Shown piece by piece: positions 39,648 to 48,465 of a DNA stretch of 64,000 bases. The stretch is from a bacterium. Lineage in GTDB: Bacteria; Bdellovibrionota; UBA2428. How positions within the stretch are numbered: position 1 is the first letter of the stretch; every line of letters starts with the position of its first letter. Location: the NCBI GenBank assembly GCA_009991595.1, contig JAACVK010000026.1, positions 25,109 through 89,108 of the forward strand, in the 5' to 3' direction. The notes beneath the pieces were generated by a model that saw nothing but the letters and a program-made list of their open reading frames with translations, did not search any database and had not been told where the DNA came from. The translations under genes and the position numbers were made by a program.

Positions 39648-40120
39648 CCCCGACGAATAGAGCCCTCAACCATCTAACTCGAGAACAAATCTATGATTTT
39701 GAAGTGAGCTTTGATTTTATTGATGCTGGCGGAGTCGTCTATCACCCCAGATACTACATTCTTTTAGAGCGAGCTCGATATCACTTTTGTCAATCGTTAG
39801 GATTGAATCTTGTTGAACACTTTAACAATGGCTTTGTGTTCGTAATCGCCGAACTACAAGGGCGCTACCGACTTCCTTTGAGAGTTGCAGATCCCTTCGG
39901 AATTTTTTGCAAAGTCGACAAAGTAACCTCACGCTCCATGAAGATGCGGCAATACATTGTAGCTCGTGACAAAATTGAGGAAGCCCTTTTAATCCAAGAT
40001 GACGAAGTCAAACTAGCTAAAATAAGTCACTTTAGCGGTCAGCTTCACCTTGTTCATGTGAACATGAAGCAAATGCAAGCCAGCCCCATCCCACAAAGAT
40101 TTGTTGAAGCTTTAAAGTAA
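39644..40120 (+). CDS. Acyl-CoA thioesterase, hotdog/4HBT (YbgC-like)
   Basis: 'VSFDFIDAGGVVYHPRYYILLERAR' hotdog thioesterase N-terminus; overlaps the upstream stop. Confidence 0.7.
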   Translation: MTPTNRALNHLTREQIYDFEVSFDFIDAGGVVYHPRYYILLERARYHFCQSLGLNLVEHFNNGFVFVIAELQGRYRLPLRVADPFGIFCKVDKVTSRSMKMRQYIVARDKIEEALLIQDDEVKLAKISHFSGQLHLVHVNMKQMQASPIPQRFVEALK

Positions 40121-40155
40121 AAGACGCACCGCTTGGCAAAAGTGAGGCCGTCACT

Positions 40156-41364
40156 TTAGAGGACAGATTTGATTTGCTCGAAGAGCCAATCGAGTTCTTC
40201 TTGCTTGATCACAAGCGGCGGAGCCAGACGAATGCTTTGACCATGAGTTTCCTTGGCTAGCACACCCAGTGCTTGAAGCTTTTCACAGAAGGGCCGCGCC
40301 GGCCCCGAGCTTTTCTTAATTTCAATGGCGATCATTAGACCAAGCCCACGCACTTCTTCTACATGAGAAGATGAAATCGTTTTCAACTTTGCAATAAAAC
40401 CCTCTCCCAATTGAGCGGCTCTCTGAGAAAGCTTTTCATCCTTGATGACTGCCAGGGCTTCAGCCGCAACTCTCGACCCCAAAGGATTACCACCAAAAGT
40501 GCTTCCGTGTTGACCAGGCTTAAAAACTCCTAGAATTTCTTCGCTCGCTAACATGACTGAAACCGGATACAAGCCTCCACTGATGGCCTTCCCCAAAATA
40601 AGCACATCCGGGTTTTCACTTAGCTCGTGTTGAAAGCAAAAATCTCTTCCTGTGCGGCCAAGTCCTGTTTGAATCTCATCCACTGCGAGCATCACATTAT
40701 TCTTCTTACAAATCTGCTGAACGCCTTTTAAGTAACCTTTGTCTGGAATCAAGATTCCAGCCTCCCCCTGAATAGGCTCCAGCAAGAAAGCCACCGTGTT
40801 CTTAGTAATCGCTTCTTCAAAAGCCTGAAGATCATTGTAGGAAATAATTTTGAAACCGGGAGTAAAGGGCCCGAAACCCTCTCGATACCCTTCTTCGGAC
40901 GAAAAACTTACAATGCTCACCGTTCTACCGTGAAAATTATTTGAGCAAACAATAATTTCGGCCTGCTCAGCAGCAACACCCTTCTTCAGGTATCCCCATT
41001 TTCGCAAAGCCTTAATAGCCGTCTCAACAGCTTCGGCACCAGAATTCATAGGCAAAGCTTTTTCAAAACCAGAGAATTCGCAAATCGCCTTTAAAAAACT
41101 TCCCATTTGATCGTTATGAAAGGCACGTGAGCTCAAGCTAAACTTTGAAGACTGCTCCACTAAAGCCTTCACTATACGTGGGTGACAATGCCCCTGATTA
41201 ACCGCCGAGTATGCACTCAAACAATCTAAATACTTTTTCCCATCCACATCCCAAACCCAGACACCTTCCCCACGGCAGAGAACCACCGGTAACGGATGAT
41301 AGTTATGAGCTCCATAACGGTCAGCTTCATCGATGATTTTTTTTGTTTTGTCGGAAATACTCAT
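40156..41364 (-). CDS. rocD: Ornithine aminotransferase (class III PLP aminotransferase)
   Basis: 'YLDCLSAYSAVNQGHCHPRIVKAL' matches the OAT/RocD signature; 402 aa. Confidence 0.8.
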   Translation of the reverse strand: MSISDKTKKIIDEADRYGAHNYHPLPVVLCRGEGVWVWDVDGKKYLDCLSAYSAVNQGHCHPRIVKALVEQSSKFSLSSRAFHNDQMGSFLKAICEFSGFEKALPMNSGAEAVETAIKALRKWGYLKKGVAAEQAEIIVCSNNFHGRTVSIVSFSSEEGYREGFGPFTPGFKIISYNDLQAFEEAITKNTVAFLLEPIQGEAGILIPDKGYLKGVQQICKKNNVMLAVDEIQTGLGRTGRDFCFQHELSENPDVLILGKAISGGLYPVSVMLASEEILGVFKPGQHGSTFGGNPLGSRVAAEALAVIKDEKLSQRAAQLGEGFIAKLKTISSSHVEEVRGLGLMIAIEIKKSSGPARPFCEKLQALGVLAKETHGQSIRLAPPLVIKQEELDWLFEQIKSVL

Positions 41365-41502
41365 AAGTGCTGGAAAGTCCTTCTTTTCTTCTTACAGTTT
41401 AATGCTCACACAGAGCCATGAGAAGGGCAAAAAAATGCCGCTTATTGACTTAGTTTCCAGGGAGGAATAGCTTCGCAAATCCCTTAAGAAAGGAGAGCCA
41501 CA

Positions 41503-41799
41503 ATGAAAAATCTACACCTCGCTCTAACTCTTTGCATGGGAGCCTTCTTTAGCTCTCAATGTTTGGCAGAAAGCACAAAAGTTCACACATACACCTGCTT
41601 TTTAGACCTTCCTGATTACGGCAGCCAACTGGACTATATGAAAGCCAGCGGAAAAACAAAACAAGAGGCCATTATGAATGTAGTGGAACAATGTGAACTA
41701 CTCGTTCAAGCCGATGACCGTTCGACATGCTCTACTCATGCTTTTAACGACGCTGGAGAAAGCCTTCACTGCCGCCGCTCGTTCACACTCACACTTTAA
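41503..41799 (+). CDS. Small secreted Cys-containing protein (hypothetical)
   Basis: 98 aa, Shine-Dalgarno AAAGGAG, signal peptide, 6 Cys in the mature part. Confidence 0.4.
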   Translation: MKNLHLALTLCMGAFFSSQCLAESTKVHTYTCFLDLPDYGSQLDYMKASGKTKQEAIMNVVEQCELLVQADDRSTCSTHAFNDAGESLHCRRSFTLTL

Positions 41800-42962
41800 A
41801 AATCTAGCTGATCCAAGTGAGCTAACAACTTAGCGCAGGCGCGAGCACGAGACTCAAGACTAGAAAGATGAACTCTTTCGCAGTTTTGATGCATTCCTGA
41901 ACCTCTAACCCCTAATCCATCTAAGACCACCGCCTCCGAGTGAGCCATGTAACTGGTATCGGCGGCAGCCCCTCTTTTAGGAGGCGGGCAAAGCCCCCCC
42001 TCTTCAGCATTAATGAAGCCTTGTAACTCCGCAGAGACCTGATCACTCTTTAGGTTGTTTTTAAAAGGAGGACAGTCATCTACCACTTTAAAACTACATT
42101 GCGGAGACATTCCATCCGCCTGAGACTCTGTAAAAGCAGTGGATAGAATCCGCTCTACTTGTTGATGAACAAGTTCTCCCACTTTTGCATCTTCATAACG
42201 CAAATCAATTTTCGCCCGAGCTTCTCCACACACGATGTTAAACTTATCTTGCCCGCCTTCAATGCGGCCAACCGACACCGTCGTTCCGTTATCATAGTTA
42301 GTTAAAGCCATTAGCTCGCTAATCTTACAAGCAAGCTCATGAGCGGCATTAACACCATAGGCATGTTCGCGACCCGAATGAGCTTCTCGGCCAACAATTT
42401 GTAAATCATACCAGCGATTGCCCTGCCTCCTGTTAACGAAGGCGCCATCCTCAAAGGCTGGCTCGAACCCAAGGATTGCCTTCGAGCTCAGGCCTATCGA
42501 TTGAAACTCCTCATGGAAACCAGTTGACCCGGTTTCTTCATTCGGAGAAACCACCATCCGGTAAGAGCGCTTTGGATTCTTTGCTAAAAAAAGACTCAAA
42601 GCCATTAGAGCTACAACAATGCCCCCTTTATTATCAATCACCCCTGGACCGATTGCATAATCCCCAGCCTGATCTACTTTAAAGCCGGAAAAACCTGAAT
42701 CGAGCTCAAACACCGTATCGGCATGGCTGACTAGAGTCACCCAATCATCACACTCACCAACAAGCTCAGCCACGAGCAAATCCCCGGAAATATTCACCCC
42801 TAAGGGGTTAGGAATGATTCGAACTTCAAAACCTAAATTTGTCATTTCTTCAGAAAGAACATTTTGAACAGCGTTCACGCCCGCAATGTTCTCTGTTCCA
42901 GAATCAATCAAAACAAGGCGTTCCAAAAGACGGATAGAGTTTAAAAGTAAATCCTCAGCCAT
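41796..42962 (-). CDS. M20 family metallopeptidase (ArgE/DapE/carboxypeptidase G2-like)
   Basis: 'LVSHADTVF' and 'GVIDNKGG' M20 metal-binding motifs. Confidence 0.7.
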   Translation of the reverse strand: MAEDLLLNSIRLLERLVLIDSGTENIAGVNAVQNVLSEEMTNLGFEVRIIPNPLGVNISGDLLVAELVGECDDWVTLVSHADTVFELDSGFSGFKVDQAGDYAIGPGVIDNKGGIVVALMALSLFLAKNPKRSYRMVVSPNEETGSTGFHEEFQSIGLSSKAILGFEPAFEDGAFVNRRQGNRWYDLQIVGREAHSGREHAYGVNAAHELACKISELMALTNYDNGTTVSVGRIEGGQDKFNIVCGEARAKIDLRYEDAKVGELVHQQVERILSTAFTESQADGMSPQCSFKVVDDCPPFKNNLKSDQVSAELQGFINAEEGGLCPPPKRGAAADTSYMAHSEAVVLDGLGVRGSGMHQNCERVHLSSLESRARACAKLLAHLDQLDF

Positions 42963-43021
42963 TACAAAATTATTAACTCAGCTTTAGTTTAAATAACACT
43001 TTATTCTTTAAAGAAGCTCTT

Positions 43022-43735
43022 TTAGTCATTCTCAGAGGTTTCGAAATAATGACTAAAAAAAGCCTCGACCGACGATTGATAAGTGCCATTACGAACCCAA
43101 TCTTTCAACATGCCGTGATGAGGCATAAGCTGATTTCCGAAATCCCGCCCTGCTATCAAACAATCATAGAGAGATCGAACCTCGCTAATTTCAACCTGAG
43201 AAAAGGCTTCACAATAGGAACAATTGAGAAAGTTCAAAAAGCGAGAGGTCTCTTGACCGTAGATTCCAACGAGAGTCTTTAACTTAACCGCATAGGTTTC
43301 TTTACTAAGGACAACAACATCATCAGGCTTTGAATTGTAAGCAACTGACCAAGCTTGCATGTTGCGCTCTAAAGCAGCCTCATGGACGGCAATGGAGGTG
43401 TCTTGATGGTGAGGGTGTCCATATTCGCCGAGAGGCCCGTGAGTATAAACAGAATCATAGCCCTGAAGCTTCTCAAAAATCTCTTGCTTAAGTTCGGAAA
43501 CATTCAAACGTTGATCAAAAACATCAGGAAAACCAAGAAAACCCAAGGGATTTGCTCCTAATACTTCACAAGCCTTTTGAAACTCTTCCCAACGCTCATC
43601 ACCACGACCATCCCCATCGGCGTCTGTCGTGCAGATCACATCCCAAACAAACTCCCTTCGAGAGAGTATTAATCCTCCCATAAAAAGAGTTTCATCATCC
43701 GGGTGAGCGACTACAATAAGATTCCTTCCACTCAT
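43022..43735 (-). CDS. PIG-L / LmbE family N-acetylglucosaminyl deacetylase
   Basis: 'LIVVAHPDDETLFMGG' LmbE motif. Confidence 0.75.
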   Translation of the reverse strand: MSGRNLIVVAHPDDETLFMGGLILSRREFVWDVICTTDADGDGRGDERWEEFQKACEVLGANPLGFLGFPDVFDQRLNVSELKQEIFEKLQGYDSVYTHGPLGEYGHPHHQDTSIAVHEAALERNMQAWSVAYNSKPDDVVVLSKETYAVKLKTLVGIYGQETSRFLNFLNCSYCEAFSQVEISEVRSLYDCLIAGRDFGNQLMPHHGMLKDWVRNGTYQSSVEAFFSHYFETSEND

Positions 43736-44008
43736 GTATTAAGATTAACACCAGAAAGTTAGGATTCACAGAATCCTCTCTTTCCTCAAAACAACAAGAA
43801 AATGGCGTTGTGCCGAGCTTCTTGATCATTTTGGCACGTCTATTGCTTGGGCAAGGCCAGAAGGAGCTCTTGCAAGGCCATCTAAAGGGTCGCGCCTATT
43901 GTAGCCTTGCGCTAATTCATAGTGCAAAGACAAGAGCCCCTTCTATCTTTCAGATGAAAATTGCAAAACCCGACTCTAAAAACTATTCTCTCTCCTGACA
44001 GAGGGGTT

Positions 44009-44659
44009 ATGGGCACAAAGAGACAGATCATCGTAGGAGACGTTCACGGCTGCTACGCCGAGCTATGCCGATTGTTAGACAAAGTCTGCTTTGACCCGTC
44101 CAACGACCACTTAATTTTGCTTGGAGACCTCATCAACAAAGGGCCCTCTTCAAAGGAGTGTTATGAGTTTGCAACTTTAACCCCCTCTGTCACGGTTCTC
44201 ATGGGCAATCACGAGAAAGGCTTTGCTCAAGCCTACCTTGAGGGGACCCTTCACCAATACGAATCCTTCATGAAAATGGCAAAAAATTGGAAGAAGAGCT
44301 TTACCAAAGAAGTTGCACATTGGTGCAGAAATTTACCCTACACCTATGATCATCGTAACTTTTTCGTAGTCCATGCTGGAATCAACCCACTCAAAGGTTT
44401 CAAAAATACGAGCAAAGATGAAATGAGCAGGATACGCACTCTCAGTATAGGAGAAAAGAAAGTCCCCTGGCACGAAAGATACGCTGGCAAGAGACCCATC
44501 ATTTATGGGCATTGGGCTACCCAAGGGCTTAAACTAAAGAGCAACAGTATAGGCCTAGACTCTGGCTGTGTTTATGGTGGCCAGTTAAGCGCCTACATTT
44601 TACCCGAAAAGAAGCTCTTCCAAGTTCAAGCTCAAGAAACCTACCTGCCTATCGACTGA
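44009..44659 (+). CDS. Calcineurin-like metallophosphoesterase (ApaH/PrpE-like diadenosine tetraphosphatase or Ser/Thr phosphatase)
   Basis: 'IVGDVHGCYAEL', 'LLGDLINKGP', 'MGNHE'; ATG with GAGGGG Shine-Dalgarno. Confidence 0.65.
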   Translation: MGTKRQIIVGDVHGCYAELCRLLDKVCFDPSNDHLILLGDLINKGPSSKECYEFATLTPSVTVLMGNHEKGFAQAYLEGTLHQYESFMKMAKNWKKSFTKEVAHWCRNLPYTYDHRNFFVVHAGINPLKGFKNTSKDEMSRIRTLSIGEKKVPWHERYAGKRPIIYGHWATQGLKLKSNSIGLDSGCVYGGQLSAYILPEKKLFQVQAQETYLPID

Positions 44660-44675
44660 CTCACAAAGTTCATCC

Positions 44676-45419
44676 CTACAAATCGGAAAAAAGCTTCTTT
44701 GGCAAACTATACACGAGGCCCCGGTGAGAAGTATCTTGGAAGAAAAGCTCCAAGATGTCACTGGCAACATCCTCAGCAGCACGAAGCCCTCCAGACTCCT
44801 TGAACTCACTAAACATCGCCTGACTTTCAAACTCGTTAGGATCTAAAGATCGAGTGTCACTTTGCATCTTAGTATCAATGATGCCAGGTCGAACAATCAA
44901 ACAGCTCACGTTATCACGTCCCTTCCGCTTTTCCTCTTCAACCAAGCCCTTAGTCGCAAACTCAAGAGCGTTCTTTGAGATGCTATAAACCGACAAGCCC
45001 GGCAAAATATGAACCGCTGCCCCTGAACTAATGTTTACAATTTTCAGCTTTGTCCCTTTATCGGCGAAGCGCCTTAAAAGCTCCGCAGTCAAAGCCATTG
45101 GGGCGACAACATTGCAAGAAAGTGTTTTTTCAATCATGGGCGCTCTATGGGTCTCATAGGCTCCAACAGGATCAATCACCCCCGCATTGTTAAGCAATAG
45201 CACCTCTTTGGGGGCGGCCTCTAACAACTCGTCCCACATTCCATCAAAATCACTGTCTCTAAAGGAAGCAAAATCGGCAGAGATAAACCTGAAATGATCA
45301 TGAACCATTTCTGGAGCCGATCGAGACAAGCCCCAAACATGGTATCCCTTATCTAAAAGTTGAAAGGCAAGAGCCTCTCCAAGCCCACGACTAACTCCGG
45401 TAATAATTGCAGCTTTCAT
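44676..45419 (-). CDS. Short-chain dehydrogenase/reductase (SDR)
   Basis: 'AAIITGVSRGLGEA' Rossmann motif; 'NAG'; 'YSISK' catalytic YxxxK. Confidence 0.8.
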   Translation of the reverse strand: MKAAIITGVSRGLGEALAFQLLDKGYHVWGLSRSAPEMVHDHFRFISADFASFRDSDFDGMWDELLEAAPKEVLLLNNAGVIDPVGAYETHRAPMIEKTLSCNVVAPMALTAELLRRFADKGTKLKIVNISSGAAVHILPGLSVYSISKNALEFATKGLVEEEKRKGRDNVSCLIVRPGIIDTKMQSDTRSLDPNEFESQAMFSEFKESGGLRAAEDVASDILELFFQDTSHRGLVYSLPKKLFSDL

Positions 45420-45569
45420 GTTTTCGAAACCCTAGTCTACTTTACGCCCCATAGTCCATTCATCTGGACAGTAGTCCAGAGAATCGGTTCTTTCCGAATA
45501 TCAAAGCTACAAAAACTACAGGGCAGCTGGCACTCAATTTGCAACACATCTCTAGGAAGGGGCCTAAAG

Positions 45570-45830
45570 ATGAGCCGTTTGCTGGCAAAATTTAAAACAC
45601 TGAACCTCATTGAAGAAGAGTTACGAACAAGATCCATTTATGAAGAATATTTCAATTTTGAGATCGAACGCATCCGATCACACCTTTGCATAGACCATTC
45701 AGCCAACTTTCAAAGTCGACTAAAATTGCGAGCATGCAGAATACTAGATCTAACAATCCACGCTGACCGACGTCTTCATGATTTGATAGATATTTTTGAA
45801 GAGCTATTAACGCAAGGCGAACCCGACTGA
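45570..45830 (+). CDS. Hypothetical small protein
   Basis: 87 aa from an ATG with GGAAGGGG upstream; no recognisable domain. Confidence 0.25.
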   Translation: MSRLLAKFKTLNLIEEELRTRSIYEEYFNFEIERIRSHLCIDHSANFQSRLKLRACRILDLTIHADRRLHDLIDIFEELLTQGEPD

Positions 45831-45898
45831 TGCAGAGCGCGCCCTAAGTTGGCTTAGCAACCTTTTCCCCCTCACCAATCTAGACTAAATGCTTATGA

Positions 45899-46527
45899 AT
45901 GAAAGCTTGCTATAAGTTTTTGACTTCTTGCCTTTTTTTTATCACTTTGGCCATGACCCCGTTAACCCATGCCTATGAAAGCAAAACTAAAAGCTCAACT
46001 TCGACGGTTAGCGAAATTCCCCCCAATCAAGATGTAGAAAAAAAACCAAATTTCAACGGTCTTAGCCCGGAGGATGTTGCCCTTTACCAACAAGGAGAGC
46101 TCTCCAACGGCCAGCTTTTGCTGGCGGATTGGTTGGAACTTTTATTGGCTTTGGAACAGGCCATATCGTTTATGAAAAGTATGGAAGTCAGGGCTGGATT
46201 TTCACAGTCTCCGAAATGGCCTCCTTAGCAGTTATGGTTGCAGGACTCGCCAAAGCCACAGGTGGTTGTCTCATGTTAGATGCTGAGGAATGTTCTGACG
46301 GCATAGGCGTCTATTACCTAGGAGCCCTCGCCTACACGGGTTTTAGAGTGTGGGAAATCATTGATGTTTGGACAATCCCCTCTCGACACAACAGAAAGTA
46401 TCGAGCCATCAAAGCAAAAACCGAAAGTCAAAGCTTTCAACTTCAATCCCTTCAAGTTTTTCCGGTCGTAGCACTCGAGCGAGAAGTGTTTAAAGGGGTT
46501 AGCTTAAACATGTCCTTTAAGTTTTAA
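45899..46527 (+). pseudogene. Signal-peptide plus glycine-zipper hydrophobic protein, apparently split by a -1 frameshift near 46110-46130 (or two small ORFs)
   Basis: ORF 45899-46228 has a signal peptide; the overlapping ORF 46129-46527 in the -1 frame has no ATG or ribosome-binding site, yet the open frame upstream of its TTG reads 'AFAGGLVGTFIGFGTGHIVY'. Confidence 0.35.
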
Positions 46528-46592
46528 CTTAAAAATTAGCATTTTGTTTCTTACGAGTTCTCAAGCGCCTCTTCAGAGGCTAACATGACATT

Positions 46593-46979
46593 GTGTTTAA
46601 GCTCCTTTTCCCCTCTTGGCGGTTTTTCGACCGTCCCTCTACTCAAGAAGTTTTTTTAGAGTTCTACACATCCACAGAAAACAAGAGCGAAACCGAAAAA
46701 TGGACTGAAATCGAGGCACCTCCTCGAAAATTTTGGCAACTCCTCCACAACCCCCAAGAAAACTGCAGACTATTCCTTCAAAGCAAGATCGAAGAACTTC
46801 TTGAAGAAGACATTCAAGAAAACTCAAAGGCCATGAAAGAACTTGAAAAATGTGCTCAAGCAACACTCTCTCTTTACACAAACAAAGCTCTCACAGTGTT
46901 TCGATTTAGAGTCTGCGCGCAGACTGCAAATAACAACAAAGATATTCTTTTTGAATCCATGCCAATCGAGGTCGATTAA
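46593..46979 (+). CDS. Hypothetical small soluble protein, translationally coupled to the downstream membrane protein
   Basis: 128 aa; stop 2 nt before the next start. Confidence 0.4.
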   Translation: MFKLLFPSWRFFDRPSTQEVFLEFYTSTENKSETEKWTEIEAPPRKFWQLLHNPQENCRLFLQSKIEELLEEDIQENSKAMKELEKCAQATLSLYTNKALTVFRFRVCAQTANNNKDILFESMPIEVD

Positions 46980-46981
46980 GC

Positions 46982-47695
46982 ATGATTTCCCTCGAACAAA
47001 CTCTATCGATAAGCATCAAGCTAGTGAGCCTTTCTTGTGTCATTCAAGCCGCAGAACTATTTAGACTACGAACTTTTCTTGTAAAAAGTAAGATTATAAA
47101 AATATCCGCGGCTCTCTTTTATGCGATTTGCGCCTCTTTGTTATTGGTTTCAACCTTAACTCTGAGTAGCATCTTTTTAAAAACTGCGGCTATTTTGCTA
47201 GTGCTGCAGCTTTGTATATTGTGGGCCCTCCAAAGACCTTTCAACGGTGGAAGCGATTACATGACCATCAACGCGCTTGTTTGCCTGAGCGTGGCTCAAA
47301 ATTCTTCGACAGCTGCCCCCTATGCAATGGGATATTTAGCCATTCAACTAACACTTTCCTATTTTTTGGCAGGATTCGCTAAAATAACCGAAGCTAAGTG
47401 GTGGAGCGGAGAAGCTCTCAAGCATTTTATAAACAGAAGTAGCTACAGCGTGCCCATAGGGATAAAGAAACTGAGCCAACACTCAACACTCATTCAACTT
47501 ACTTCTATTGGTCTTTTACTTGTTGAGATCGGCTTTCCGATAATATTCTTGGCAAAGATTACCCTGCCGATTTTTTTATCAACAACACTCGTTTTTCATC
47601 TCTTAAACTTTTGGGTATTCGGCCTCAATCGCTTTTTTTTCGCTTGGCTTGCCTGCTACCCAGCTCTGCTATGGCTCATTCAAAACTACCGTTAA
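46982..47695 (+). CDS. Polytopic membrane protein resembling the HTTM (vitamin K-dependent gamma-carboxylase / SdpB-like) domain
   Basis: At least 6 TM segments; 'LSYFLAGFAKITEAKWWSGEA' resembles VKGC 'IVYFIAGVKKLDADWVEG'. Confidence 0.45.
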   Translation: MISLEQTLSISIKLVSLSCVIQAAELFRLRTFLVKSKIIKISAALFYAICASLLLVSTLTLSSIFLKTAAILLVLQLCILWALQRPFNGGSDYMTINALVCLSVAQNSSTAAPYAMGYLAIQLTLSYFLAGFAKITEAKWWSGEALKHFINRSSYSVPIGIKKLSQHSTLIQLTSIGLLLVEIGFPIIFLAKITLPIFLSTTLVFHLLNFWVFGLNRFFFAWLACYPALLWLIQNYR

Positions 47696-47700
47696 ACAGA

Positions 47701-48465
47701 TCAATGAAAATGAGCTTCTAGAGATCGCTCAAAAACAACTTTGTCATCCTCATCTAATAGTTGAAAGCTTAGCGATTCAACGTGTTTGTCTTTAAGACGG
47801 TTTCTAATAAGATTGGCAAGAGGAACGCCTCCATCTTGAGGATACTTCTCAAGAGTCGAGCTAAACTCAGCCCGAATTTTACTACTGTAAAGCTGAACAT
47901 TCTTCAACTCTCCCTTTATCCCACTTTTACTATGTAGGTCTGCCTCGTCATCTTGGGCGGAATCCACTCGATCCTGCTCACGACTCACAAGAACTAATCT
48001 AAGATCTTTCGATTGTTGAGGGCAGTTTTTTCCCACCAAACGAGCATCAAAACTGGTGACCACCAAAGCCTCCGCAACTCCAATGTCTTCAGAGTTAATC
48101 AATTTTCCAAGTTCTTCCTCTACAGGCATCAACTCTAGCTGCTTAGTCTTAGGGTTAAAGTCTCGGGTCTTATAAGTATTGACCAAATTGAGTTTCGTCA
48201 CCCTGATCTCACAATCCGACTCCTCAGAGGAAGCCGAATCTCTAGACTGCGCCTTTTGATTTTTATCTTCTTTTGATTCCTTTCGCTTTTGCTTCCAGGC
48301 CTTGAAAGCTCCAAAAAGAGTCTTCTTTGGAGCTTCTTCGTTCGAGGCATGTTGCGCCATGCTATGAGCAGAAACACCGAACAAAAACGCCAACAAGATT
48401 GGGCTGAAAACTCTAAAAGCTTTAAATCTATCAAATTTCTTCATCTTCATTCCTATTTCTTCCAA
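47701..48465 (-). CDS. Hypothetical secreted protein
   Basis: 254 aa with signal peptide; overlaps the upstream gene's start by 13 nt. Confidence 0.45.
   Translation of the reverse strand: MEEIGMKMKKFDRFKAFRVFSPILLAFLFGVSAHSMAQHASNEEAPKKTLFGAFKAWKQKRKESKEDKNQKAQSRDSASSEESDCEIRVTKLNLVNTYKTRDFNPKTKQLELMPVEEELGKLINSEDIGVAEALVVTSFDARLVGKNCPQQSKDLRLVLVSREQDRVDSAQDDEADLHSKSGIKGELKNVQLYSSKIRAEFSSTLEKYPQDGGVPLANLIRNRLKDKHVESLSFQLLDEDDKVVFERSLEAHFH

Noticed and set aside
43810-43998. 62-aa ORF in the PIG-L/ApaH intergenic region
   Set aside because: No ribosome-binding site and low complexity. It sits within a divergent promoter region.
46100-46135. Programmed ribosomal frameshift joining 45899-46228 and 46129-46527
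   Set aside because: No X-XXY-YYZ slippery heptamer or downstream structure. An indel or pseudogene is more parsimonious.
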